NCBI GenBank assembly: GCA_965649055.1
Contig: CBFGJG010000043.1
Location: 1-15,644, forward strand
Source: a candidate division WOR-3 bacterium
GTDB taxonomy: Bacteria > Hydrothermota > UBA3072 > B12-G15
Length of the DNA: 15,644 nucleotides
Reading direction: 5' to 3'
Part shown: positions 1-7,153 of the stretch, piece by piece
Position numbering within the stretch: the first letter of the stretch is position 1
How the letters are laid out: the number at the start of each line of letters is the position of its first letter
Position numbers and translations under genes: made by a program
The notes under the pieces: generated by a model
Database searches by the model: none
What the model saw: only the letters and a program-made list of their open reading frames with translations
Told to the model about the DNA's origin: nothing

Positions 1-29
1 CTTTCCACCATGTGCATGAACTTTTCCAA
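1..29 (-). CDS. possible 5' end of a divergent gene running off the left edge (TTG at 29 or ATG at 17; MEKFMHMVE...)
   Basis: Open minus-strand frame TTG GAA AAG TTC ATG CAC ATG GTG GAA just downstream of a perfect minus-strand TATAAT (44-39). Only 9 codons are visible, so the product cannot be identified. Confidence 0.3.
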
Positions 30-38
30 CTTTCCCGT

Positions 39-44
39 ATTATA
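39..44 (-). promoter_or_regulatory. putative -10 box (TATAAT) of a leftward promoter
   Basis: ATTATA at 39-44 reads TATAAT on the minus strand. No convincing -35 at 17 bp spacing. Confidence 0.35.
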
Positions 45-47
45 TCC

Positions 48-75
48 TTGACAATGTAATATATTTACTTAATAT
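48..75 (+). promoter_or_regulatory. putative sigma70-type promoter for the + strand operon (TTGACA-N16-TAATAT)
   Basis: Perfect -35 TTGACA at 48-53, 16-nt spacer, TAATAT at 70-75 (keeps the TA---T core). It lies 6 nt upstream of the ATG at 82. Confidence 0.6.
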
Positions 76-81
76 TATGAT

Positions 82-771
82 ATGAGATTTATTGTTGTTT
101 TCAGTGATAAGGCGAAAGACAGAAGGCTTCTAAAAGGTTGGGGAATATCCATATATTTCCCTGATTTCTATCTTTTATTTGATACAGGTGAAAATCCATT
201 ATACCTTGAACATAATCTAAAGACACTTGGAATAAGTCTTAATGATATAAAATATATATTTCTCACACATGAACACTGGGACCATATTGGTGGGATTGAA
301 CTATTAAAAGGTGAAAAAAGAATAGTTTTTGTTCCTTCAGGATTCACAGATGATACAATTGAGGAATTGAATGCGTTGAAATTTGACCTGAGAATTATAG
401 ATAAAAATCAAAGGATTCTGCCGGAAGTTTACTCAACAGGTCCACTTGGTGATGTAATAAAGGAACAATCATTAATATTTAATGAGAAAGAAGGTCTTAA
501 AATATTCACAGGTTGCACGCATCAAGGATTTAAAGAACTTTTTGATGTATCTTCAAGATACGGAACTATATTTAATTTCGTTGGTGGTGGATTTCACCTC
601 CTTGATGCAGATGAAAATATGATTAATGAAGTCCAGAATATCTTTAATGAGCACAGGGTAAAAAAAGTTGGTCCTTTCCATTGCACAGGTGATGAAGCAA
701 TGGAGGGTTTTAAAAAACAATATGGTGAAGATTTTATTCAGATAAAAGCAGGGGAGATGATGAAGATATGA
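82..771 (+). CDS. metallo-beta-lactamase-fold metal-dependent hydrolase (COG1237-like)
   Basis: LFDTG, HxHxDH motif (THEHWDHIGG), EQSL, TGCTH, GGFHL and PFHCTG, the motif series typical of this MBL subfamily. Confidence 0.88.
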   Translation: MRFIVVFSDKAKDRRLLKGWGISIYFPDFYLLFDTGENPLYLEHNLKTLGISLNDIKYIFLTHEHWDHIGGIELLKGEKRIVFVPSGFTDDTIEELNALKFDLRIIDKNQRILPEVYSTGPLGDVIKEQSLIFNEKEGLKIFTGCTHQGFKELFDVSSRYGTIFNFVGGGFHLLDADENMINEVQNIFNEHRVKKVGPFHCTGDEAMEGFKKQYGEDFIQIKAGEMMKI

Positions 772-1100
772 TAGAGGTTTTGAAATCAAAGATTCATCTT
801 GCAAGGATAACAGATAGGGTTGTTGATTATGAAGGTTCAATCACAATAGATAGAAAGATTGCTGAGATGGTTGGTTTAAGGGAATATGAAAAGGTCCTTG
901 TCGCAGATGTTGATACAGGTGAGAGATTTGAGACTTATGTTATCTATGGAAAAGATGGAGAGATATGTGTGAATGGAGCAGCGGCAAATCTTGTAAGAGT
1001 AGGGGATAGGGTTATTATTATGAGTTTTATGTTCATTGACGAGAAACAGGATTTTAAACCGAAGATTGTGAGGCTTGACGAGTTTAATAAACCTGTATGA
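768..1100 (+). CDS. panD: aspartate 1-decarboxylase proenzyme (pyruvoyl-dependent)
   Basis: LKSKIH N-terminus, YEG/SITID self-cleavage site (Gly23-Ser24), GERFETY and CVNGAAA. ATGA overlap with the upstream gene. Confidence 0.96.
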   Translation: MIEVLKSKIHLARITDRVVDYEGSITIDRKIAEMVGLREYEKVLVADVDTGERFETYVIYGKDGEICVNGAAANLVRVGDRVIIMSFMFIDEKQDFKPKIVRLDEFNKPV

Positions 1101-1951
1101 GCATTCCATTATGGATAAAGGAAGGGATAAAAAGAAGGGAAGGGATAGAAGTCTTAAAAGAGAGATTAAGGTCTTATAAACTTCATACTGTCTGTGAAGA
1201 GGCGAGATGCCCGAATATAGGTAAATGTTTCAATAATAAAACAGCCACTTTTCTAATACTTGGAGATATATGCACAAGGAATTGTGGATTCTGTGCTGTT
1301 AAAAAGGGGATTCCATTAAAACCTGATGAGGATGAACCTGAAAATATCTCAAGGATGGTTTTGGAATTAAATCTTGATTATGTTGTTATAACATCTGTAA
1401 CAAGGGATGACCTTGATGATGGTGGTGCAGAACAATTTGAGAATACAATAAAGTATATAAAGAATAAAAATAAAGATATAAAGGTGGAAGTCCTGATACC
1501 TGATTTTAAGGGTGATTTAAACTCATTAAAAAAAATTTTTAATGGAAATCCAGATGTTATAAATCATAATCTTGAGACTGTTAAAAAACTATATCCTTCT
1601 GTTAGACCTTTGGCTGATTACAAAAGGTCTCTTGAAATTTTAAGGATTTCAAAACTTAATGGTTTTATAACAAAAACAGGAATAATGCTTGGTCTTGGTG
1701 AAACAGAAAAAGATGTTAAAGAATTAATAGAAGATATTTCAAATGTTGGTTGTGATATATTAACATTGGGTCAATATCTTTCTCCTTCAAAAAATCATAT
1801 TCCTGTTTATGAATATATACATCCTGAAATATTTGAAAAATATAAAGATTATGCTTTAAATAAAGGGATAAAATATGTTGTTTCTGGACCACTTGTTAGG
1901 AGTTCATATATGGCAAAGGAAGCATTTCTTTCTTTAGTGGGGGAGTTCTGA
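1097..1951 (+). CDS. lipA: lipoyl synthase (radical SAM)
   Basis: Auxiliary-cluster motif CEEARCPNIGKC, radical SAM motif CTRNCGFC, VITSVTRDDL, NHNLETV, GQYL and C-terminal VRSSY. ATGA overlap with panD. Confidence 0.97.
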   Translation: MSIPLWIKEGIKRREGIEVLKERLRSYKLHTVCEEARCPNIGKCFNNKTATFLILGDICTRNCGFCAVKKGIPLKPDEDEPENISRMVLELNLDYVVITSVTRDDLDDGGAEQFENTIKYIKNKNKDIKVEVLIPDFKGDLNSLKKIFNGNPDVINHNLETVKKLYPSVRPLADYKRSLEILRISKLNGFITKTGIMLGLGETEKDVKELIEDISNVGCDILTLGQYLSPSKNHIPVYEYIHPEIFEKYKDYALNKGIKYVVSGPLVRSSYMAKEAFLSLVGEF

Positions 1952-2361
1952 TAGAAAAAGGAATAGTGAAAAAGATAGATGGTAAATTTGCGGTTATCCA
2001 GATAGAAAGAAATTTAGAAGAATGTTCTGGATGTTCTTTAAGGGATGAATGTTCAAAAAAAGATAGTGATTTTATATATGTTTATAATTCCCTTAACGCA
2101 AAAGAAGGAAATAAGATTGAGTTTGAGATAAAAGATAGAATTAAATGGTTATCAATGATATTTTTCTATGTCTTTCCAATAGTTTTTCTGATTCTTGGGA
2201 TCTTGATAGGTAATAAAAAAAGTGAGATTTTTGGTGTTCTATTGGGATTTATCTTTATTGGAATTTATTTTCTTGTGCTCTTATTTCTTGAAAAAAGAAT
2301 AAAGTTTAAAAAGGGTTTTATAAAGATGAGGAGGATTTTAAATGAAGGTGATAAAGATTGA
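1951..2361 (+). CDS. RseC/MucC-family (SoxR-reducing system RseC-like) membrane protein; start probably ATA at 1951 (the ORF track uses GTG at 1966)
   Basis: N-terminal (M)EKGIVKKIDGKFAVI, Cys motif CSGCSLRDEC, NSLNAKEGNKIEF, YVFP and two hydrophobic helices. GGGGGAG at 1939-1945 is positioned for a start at 1951. Confidence 0.8.
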   Translation: MEKGIVKKIDGKFAVIQIERNLEECSGCSLRDECSKKDSDFIYVYNSLNAKEGNKIEFEIKDRIKWLSMIFFYVFPIVFLILGILIGNKKSEIFGVLLGFIFIGIYFLVLLFLEKRIKFKKGFIKMRRILNEGDKD

Positions 2362-2767
2362 AGATGGTTATTTGTGTGTTCTTAAAAAAGGTGAAGAAGT
2401 AATAAAGACACTCACTGATTTCTGTGTTGAGAATAAGATAAATTCTGGTTTTGTTTCAGGTATTGGTGCAGTTGAAGATATAAATATAGGTTATTTTGAT
2501 GAGAAGAAAAAAGAATATATATATTCAGAGATAAAAGAATCATGTGAGGTTCTTTCAATGACAGGTGATATATCTTTAAAGGATAAGAAACCATTTTTAC
2601 ATTTGCATATAGTTTTAGGGAAAAAAGATTTTAATGCGATTGGTGGTCATCTTTTTAAAGCATTTGTATCAGCAACACTTGAAGTGTTTATTCTTCCATC
2701 CAAAAAATCATTTATAAGGAATTTAGATGATGAAACAGGATTATACCTGATAAAGGAGGAAAATTGA
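2342..2767 (+). CDS. PPC-domain (DUF296) protein, putative metal/DNA-binding
   Basis: GEEVIKTL, SGIGA, EVLSMTGDIS, LHLHIVLG and GGHL motifs typical of stand-alone prokaryotic PPC/DUF296 proteins; 141 aa. Confidence 0.88.
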   Translation: MKVIKIEDGYLCVLKKGEEVIKTLTDFCVENKINSGFVSGIGAVEDINIGYFDEKKKEYIYSEIKESCEVLSMTGDISLKDKKPFLHLHIVLGKKDFNAIGGHLFKAFVSATLEVFILPSKKSFIRNLDDETGLYLIKEEN

Positions 2768-4539
2768 AAGAATTTACATTTAAGGCAGTTTTTCTTGGTG
2801 TTATTCTTTCTTTGGTTATGACAATGGCTAATGTATATCTTGGTCTTTATGCGGGAATGACAGTATCTGCAAGTATTCCGGCTGCTGTAATGTCAATGGT
2901 TATTTTAAGAGGAATATTAAGAAGAGGGACAATTCTTGAAAATAACATAGTCCAGACCATTGCTTCAAGCGGTGAATCACTTGCAGCAGGTGTTATTTTC
3001 ACATTACCGGCACTTGTTATTATAAATCAATGGCAGAACTTCCCCTACTGGCTTACCTTCTTTATATCAGCCTTAGGTGGTATAATTGGCGTTCTTTTTA
3101 TGATACCATTAAGAAGGTCTTTAATAGTTGAAAACAGGGCACTCACATACCCGGAAGGTGTTGCATGTGCAGAGGTTTTAAAAAGTGGCGAACAACTTAA
3201 AGAAGGGAAATACATCTTTTACGCGCTCGGATTTGGTCTTTTATTTAAAATCTTTACATCTTTTATAAAGATTTTTAACTCAACTGTTGAATTTGGTAAA
3301 AACATATTTAAATCAACATTTTATTTTGGCCTTGATATTTCTTACGCACTTGTTGGTGTTGGATATCTTGTAGGTTTTAATGTTTCTTTACTTGTTTTTA
3401 TAGGTGGTCTAATAGGCTGGTTTATAGGTATTCCAGTTTATTCTTATATCTATAAAATATCAGGTTCACCACTTGATATTGCGTGGAATATATGGAGGTC
3501 TGATATAAGATTCATTGGTGTTGGTGCTATGATTGTTGGAGGACTATGGTCGATTGTGAATATGGGAAGGACAATAATTCAAGGATTAAAACAGGTTCTT
3601 TTAAAGAAAGGCTCTTCAGAAGATTTACAGAAGAAATATTATATAACATTACTTGTAATTTCAGTAATTGGACTTATTTCACTATATTTCTTTATCTTAA
3701 AAGATATTAAATTAACTCTCGTCTCAGGTGTTGCTTTATTCATTGCTTCATTCTTCTTTGTTGCAGTATCATCTTATATAGTTGGTCTTGTTGGTAGTTC
3801 AAATAATCCTGTTTCAGGTATGGTTATTTCTGCATTACTTTTCTCTGCTTTACTTATACTTGTTTCAGGTAGAAGGGATGCAGAAGGAATACTTTCCTGC
3901 CTTCTAATTGCTTCTGTTGTTTGCTGTGCAACCTGCACTGCAGGTGATATATCTCAGGATTTAAAGACAGGATACCTTGTTGGTGCAAGCCCGAGGAGGC
4001 AGCAGATAGGTGAGATTATAGGGACTATTGCTGGTGCATTCATTATTCCACCAGTTCTAAATCTTCTTAATTCAACATACACTATAGGAACAGGAAAGGA
4101 AGGTTCACTTGTTGCGCCACAGGCATCTTTATTTGCGTCATTAACAAAAGGGATATTTTTGGGTGAAGGGCTTAAATGGAAAATGATAATAATTGGTTTT
4201 ATAATAGGTATTGCATTGATTGTATTTGATAAGATACTTGAGAATAAAAAATCAAAATTCAGATTATATGTTATGCCTGTTGCTGTTGGCATATATCTTC
4301 CTTTTTCATTATCTGTCCCTATTTTGCTTGGTGGAATTGTCCAGAAAATAAGGAATAATAAATCAGGTATGCTTATATCATCCGGGCTTATAGCAGGAGA
4401 ATCAATTGGTGGAATAATAATAGCATTGTTTATTTATGCGGGACTCAGAGGATTTGATTTTAATCTGGGTAATTTATTAACTCTGTTGATATTTATAATA
4501 CCTTTAATTCTTTTTATTTTTATTAAAAAATTAACTTGA
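2764..4539 (+). CDS. OPT-family oligopeptide transporter
   Basis: NVYLGLYAGMTVSASIPAAV, ENNIVQTIASSGES, YPEGVACAEVL, VGSSNNPVSG, QDLKTGYLVGASP, APQA and SGLIAGES; many TM helices. TTG start after GGAGG, TTGA overlap with the upstream gene. Confidence 0.93.
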   Translation: MKEFTFKAVFLGVILSLVMTMANVYLGLYAGMTVSASIPAAVMSMVILRGILRRGTILENNIVQTIASSGESLAAGVIFTLPALVIINQWQNFPYWLTFFISALGGIIGVLFMIPLRRSLIVENRALTYPEGVACAEVLKSGEQLKEGKYIFYALGFGLLFKIFTSFIKIFNSTVEFGKNIFKSTFYFGLDISYALVGVGYLVGFNVSLLVFIGGLIGWFIGIPVYSYIYKISGSPLDIAWNIWRSDIRFIGVGAMIVGGLWSIVNMGRTIIQGLKQVLLKKGSSEDLQKKYYITLLVISVIGLISLYFFILKDIKLTLVSGVALFIASFFFVAVSSYIVGLVGSSNNPVSGMVISALLFSALLILVSGRRDAEGILSCLLIASVVCCATCTAGDISQDLKTGYLVGASPRRQQIGEIIGTIAGAFIIPPVLNLLNSTYTIGTGKEGSLVAPQASLFASLTKGIFLGEGLKWKMIIIGFIIGIALIVFDKILENKKSKFRLYVMPVAVGIYLPFSLSVPILLGGIVQKIRNNKSGMLISSGLIAGESIGGIIIALFIYAGLRGFDFNLGNLLTLLIFIIPLILFIFIKKLT

Positions 4540-4564
4540 CTTAATTTAAAAATGAACATATTAT
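4536..4564 (+). promoter_or_regulatory. putative internal sigma70-type promoter for ilvE (TTGACT-N17-TATTAT)
   Basis: TTGACT at 4536-4541 (5/6 match), 17-nt spacer, TATTAT at 4559-4564 (5/6 match), then GGAGG at 4574-4578 and ATG at 4584. It sits in the only sizeable gap of the + strand block. Confidence 0.65.
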
Positions 4565-4583
4565 AAAAAAAACGGAGGATAAT

Positions 4584-5507
4584 ATGGGATTTAATGAGGC
4601 TAAATATATATGGATGGATGGAGAATTTGTAAATTGGCATGATGCAAAAATACATATACTTTCACATGTTGTCCATTATGGCTCGAGTGTTTTTGAAGGT
4701 TTAAGGGCTTACGAAACACCGAAGGGAACTGCTATATTCAGATTAAAAGACCATACTGATAGATTATTCAATTCTGCCAAGATTTACAGAATGGATATCC
4801 CGTTTTCAAAAGACCAGATAAATGATGCAACAATAGAACTCCTTAAGAGGAATGAACTAAAAAGTGCTTATATAAGGCCCCTTGTTTACAGAGGATATGG
4901 ACAACTTGGTGTATGGCCATTCGGATGTCCTGTAAAAGTATCAATTGCAGTATGGGATTGGGGGAAATACCTTGGTGAAGATGCACTTGAGAAAGGTGTT
5001 GATGTTATGATATCAACTTGGAGGAGGATGGCACCAAATACTTTTCCGGCAATGGCAAAGGCAGGTTCAAATTATATGAACTCACAGCTTATAAAGATGG
5101 AAGCAAAAATATATGGATATGAAGAAGGAATTGCACTTGATGATAGAGGGCTTTTGAGTGAAGGTAGTGGTGAAAACTTATTCCTTGTTTATAAAGGTGA
5201 ACTTTATACACCATCAATGAGCTCATCAATACTTATGGGAATAACAAGGGATTCCGTGATAAAAATTGCAAAGGAAATGGGTATAAATGTTATTGAAACA
5301 GAAATTCCAAGGGAATTTATTTATATTGCAGATGAAGTATTTTTTACCGGTAGTGCAGCAGAGATAACACCTATAAGGTCGGTTGATAAAATTGTAATAG
5401 GTTCGGGTATGAGAGGCCCAATCACAAAGAAGATACAGGATGAGCTTATGGGAATTGCACAGGGTAGAAAAGAGGATAGATTCAACTGGCTAACATATGT
5501 GAAGTGA
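4584..5507 (+). CDS. ilvE: branched-chain amino acid aminotransferase (PLP, class IV)
   Basis: [28 protein letters not shown]-lysine motif [19 protein letters not shown] and [16 protein letters not shown]. Confidence 0.95.
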   Translation: MGFNEAKYIWMDGEFVNWHDAKIHILSHVVHYGSSVFEGLRAYETPKGTAIFRLKDHTDRLFNSAKIYRMDIPFSKDQINDATIELLKRNELKSAYIRPLVYRGYGQLGVWPFGCPVKVSIAVWDWGKYLGEDALEKGVDVMISTWRRMAPNTFPAMAKAGSNYMNSQLIKMEAKIYGYEEGIALDDRGLLSEGSGENLFLVYKGELYTPSMSSSILMGITRDSVIKIAKEMGINVIETEIPREFIYIADEVFFTGSAAEITPIRSVDKIVIGSGMRGPITKKIQDELMGIAQGRKEDRFNWLTYVK

Positions 5508-5511
5508 GGAT

Positions 5512-6480
5512 ATGAAATTTCCTAAAGGTATTCCTATACTTGAAAATGTTAAGATACAGTTTGTAAATTTTGATAATATCTTAAATCAGGCAAAAAAGGC
5601 AAGAGAGGGAAGACTTAACGGATATTTACAGATAATATATCCACAAGAGGTTGATATTCTTTTCTTCGAAAATGGAAATGCAATAAATGCGGGAAGGTTC
5701 AACCGTTCTGGTTTTAGTGAAATTCCAATAAAAGAACTCGTTGATAGGGCAAAGAAATCAGAGGTCGGAATCGTAAATATATATGATATTCCTGATGAAC
5801 TTGTATATATGATGATAGTAACTATAAGAGAAAAGCCTATGATTGCAAACAAACCTTTCAAGGATGTTGATATAAATAAACTCCTTACAAAATTCCAGGA
5901 GATTAATTTTAATGGTTTTATTCTTCTTGTAAAAGAATTTGAATATTTTTATATAAAGTTTGAAGAGGGTATTCCCGCAAGGATATATACTCCCGGAAAA
6001 ATGGAGGTCGGAAAAATTACCCCTGAAATGTTCAGGAAATTTTTCGAGAAGTTGACACAGGATTTCAAAATAAGTATCTATAAAGGTGAAACCCATATAA
6101 AACAGGCAGACCCTGCACTTGTTTCGTTGTATGTTAAGTTCTTAAATGGTCTTATAAGTTCATTCAGTGAGATAGTAGGTATTTCAATAGTAAGAAAGAC
6201 TATTCTTTCTTCTTTTGAACTTATGAAGTCACAATATAATTTCTTAACAGGTTTTGAAATAGACGAAAATACAGTTGTAAAAGAGGGGAATATTGCAGTA
6301 ACAGAGGATGAGTTAACAACTGCAATGGCTAACTTAATAGATAAATTTGTTGACGCAATATTTGTTGTTCTTGGTAGACAGACAGATGAGATTATTTATA
6401 AATGTATTAAAGATTACAGGTTTGCCTTAAAGAGTGCCGGATTCTTTGAAAAATCTAAGTTATCAAGATTGAACATATGA
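5512..6480 (+). CDS. uncharacterised protein with two tandem N-terminal repeats (PATAN/DUF4388/DUF2226-like pattern) and a helical C-terminal domain
   Basis: 322-aa ORF tightly packed between ilvE and rsmI, with GAGG before the start. Repeated pattern P-h-h-x-N...LL...NG(Y/F)h-x-h...F-E-x-G...h-x-I-Y. The family resemblance is from pattern memory only. Confidence 0.6.
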   Translation: MKFPKGIPILENVKIQFVNFDNILNQAKKAREGRLNGYLQIIYPQEVDILFFENGNAINAGRFNRSGFSEIPIKELVDRAKKSEVGIVNIYDIPDELVYMMIVTIREKPMIANKPFKDVDINKLLTKFQEINFNGFILLVKEFEYFYIKFEEGIPARIYTPGKMEVGKITPEMFRKFFEKLTQDFKISIYKGETHIKQADPALVSLYVKFLNGLISSFSEIVGISIVRKTILSSFELMKSQYNFLTGFEIDENTVVKEGNIAVTEDELTTAMANLIDKFVDAIFVVLGRQTDEIIYKCIKDYRFALKSAGFFEKSKLSRLNI

Positions 6481-7142
6481 TATTCTTTGTTTCAGGTCCA
6501 ATCGGAAACCTGAAGGATATAACTTTAAGGGCTATTGAGGTTTTAAACAATGTTGATTACATTGTTTGTGAAGATACAAGAAGAACAGGTATCATCTTAA
6601 AACATTACAATATAAATAAAAAAATGATTTCTTATAATGAATTTAATCAGTATAAAAGGATTCCGCAAATTATAGATGATTTGAAGAATGAGAAAAATAT
6701 TGCTTTTATAACAGATTCAGGAACACCTTTGATTTCTGACCCGGGATTTCCATTATTAAAAGAAATAATAAAAGAAAATATATATTTTACAGCAATTCCA
6801 GGTCCTTCATCATTAACAAATGCAATCGTTTTATCCGGTATTGATTGCAGCAGGTTCATATTTGAAGGTTTTATAGGAAAGAAAAAAACAGAAAGAAAAA
6901 AATTTTTTGAGTCGATAAAGAATGAAAAAAGGGCTGTAATTTTCTTTGAATCACCTTACAGGATAAAAGATACGATAGAGATTATGAAAGAAGTAATACC
7001 TGATAGGAATATTGCAGTTTTAAGGGAAATGACAAAGGTTTTTGAAGAAAGGATTTACGGTAAACCTGAGGAAGTCTTAAAAAAAATGAAGAACATAAAA
7101 GGTGAATTTGTGGTAGTGATTGAAGGTTCTCTTACAAAATAA
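6477..7142 (+). CDS. rsmI: 16S rRNA (cytidine1402-2'-O)-methyltransferase, short form
   Basis: PIGNLKDITLRA, CEDTR, DSGTPLISDPG, IPGPS, FEGF, FESPYRI, REMTKVFEE and KGEFVVVI. Confidence 0.95.
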   Translation: MIFFVSGPIGNLKDITLRAIEVLNNVDYIVCEDTRRTGIILKHYNINKKMISYNEFNQYKRIPQIIDDLKNEKNIAFITDSGTPLISDPGFPLLKEIIKENIYFTAIPGPSSLTNAIVLSGIDCSRFIFEGFIGKKKTERKKFFESIKNEKRAVIFFESPYRIKDTIEIMKEVIPDRNIAVLREMTKVFEERIYGKPEEVLKKMKNIKGEFVVVIEGSLTK

Positions 7143-7153
7143 TCTAAAAAAAT

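Noticed and set aside
1..36. Alternate minus-strand frame reading GKVGKVHAHGGK, reminiscent of the HGGK start of ATP sulfurylase
   Set aside because: A TAA stop lies two codons upstream and there is no start codon in that frame; too short to support.
82..771. MBL-fold protein as an antibiotic-resistance beta-lactamase
   Set aside because: No signal peptide, and the GCxH/GGFH/HCTG motifs indicate the cytoplasmic COG1237-type subfamily.
1120..1147. Direct repeat GGAAGGGATA twice, 18 nt apart, at the lipA 5' end
   Set aside because: It is an in-frame repeat of EGI codons in a purine-rich variable N-terminus. Only two copies, so it is not an array or a credible operator.
553..6859. Short minus-strand and alternate-frame ORFs in the + block (553-840, 876-1109, 2412-2594, 3954-4292, 4434-4655, 5586-5861, 5758-6096, 6647-6859)
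   Set aside because: They lie antisense to well-supported genes and have no recognisable motifs; typical shadow ORFs.
6477..7142. rsmI as a truncated pseudogene (221 aa, no C-terminal extension)
   Set aside because: The methyltransferase domain is complete through KGEFVVVI, and short RsmI forms are widespread.
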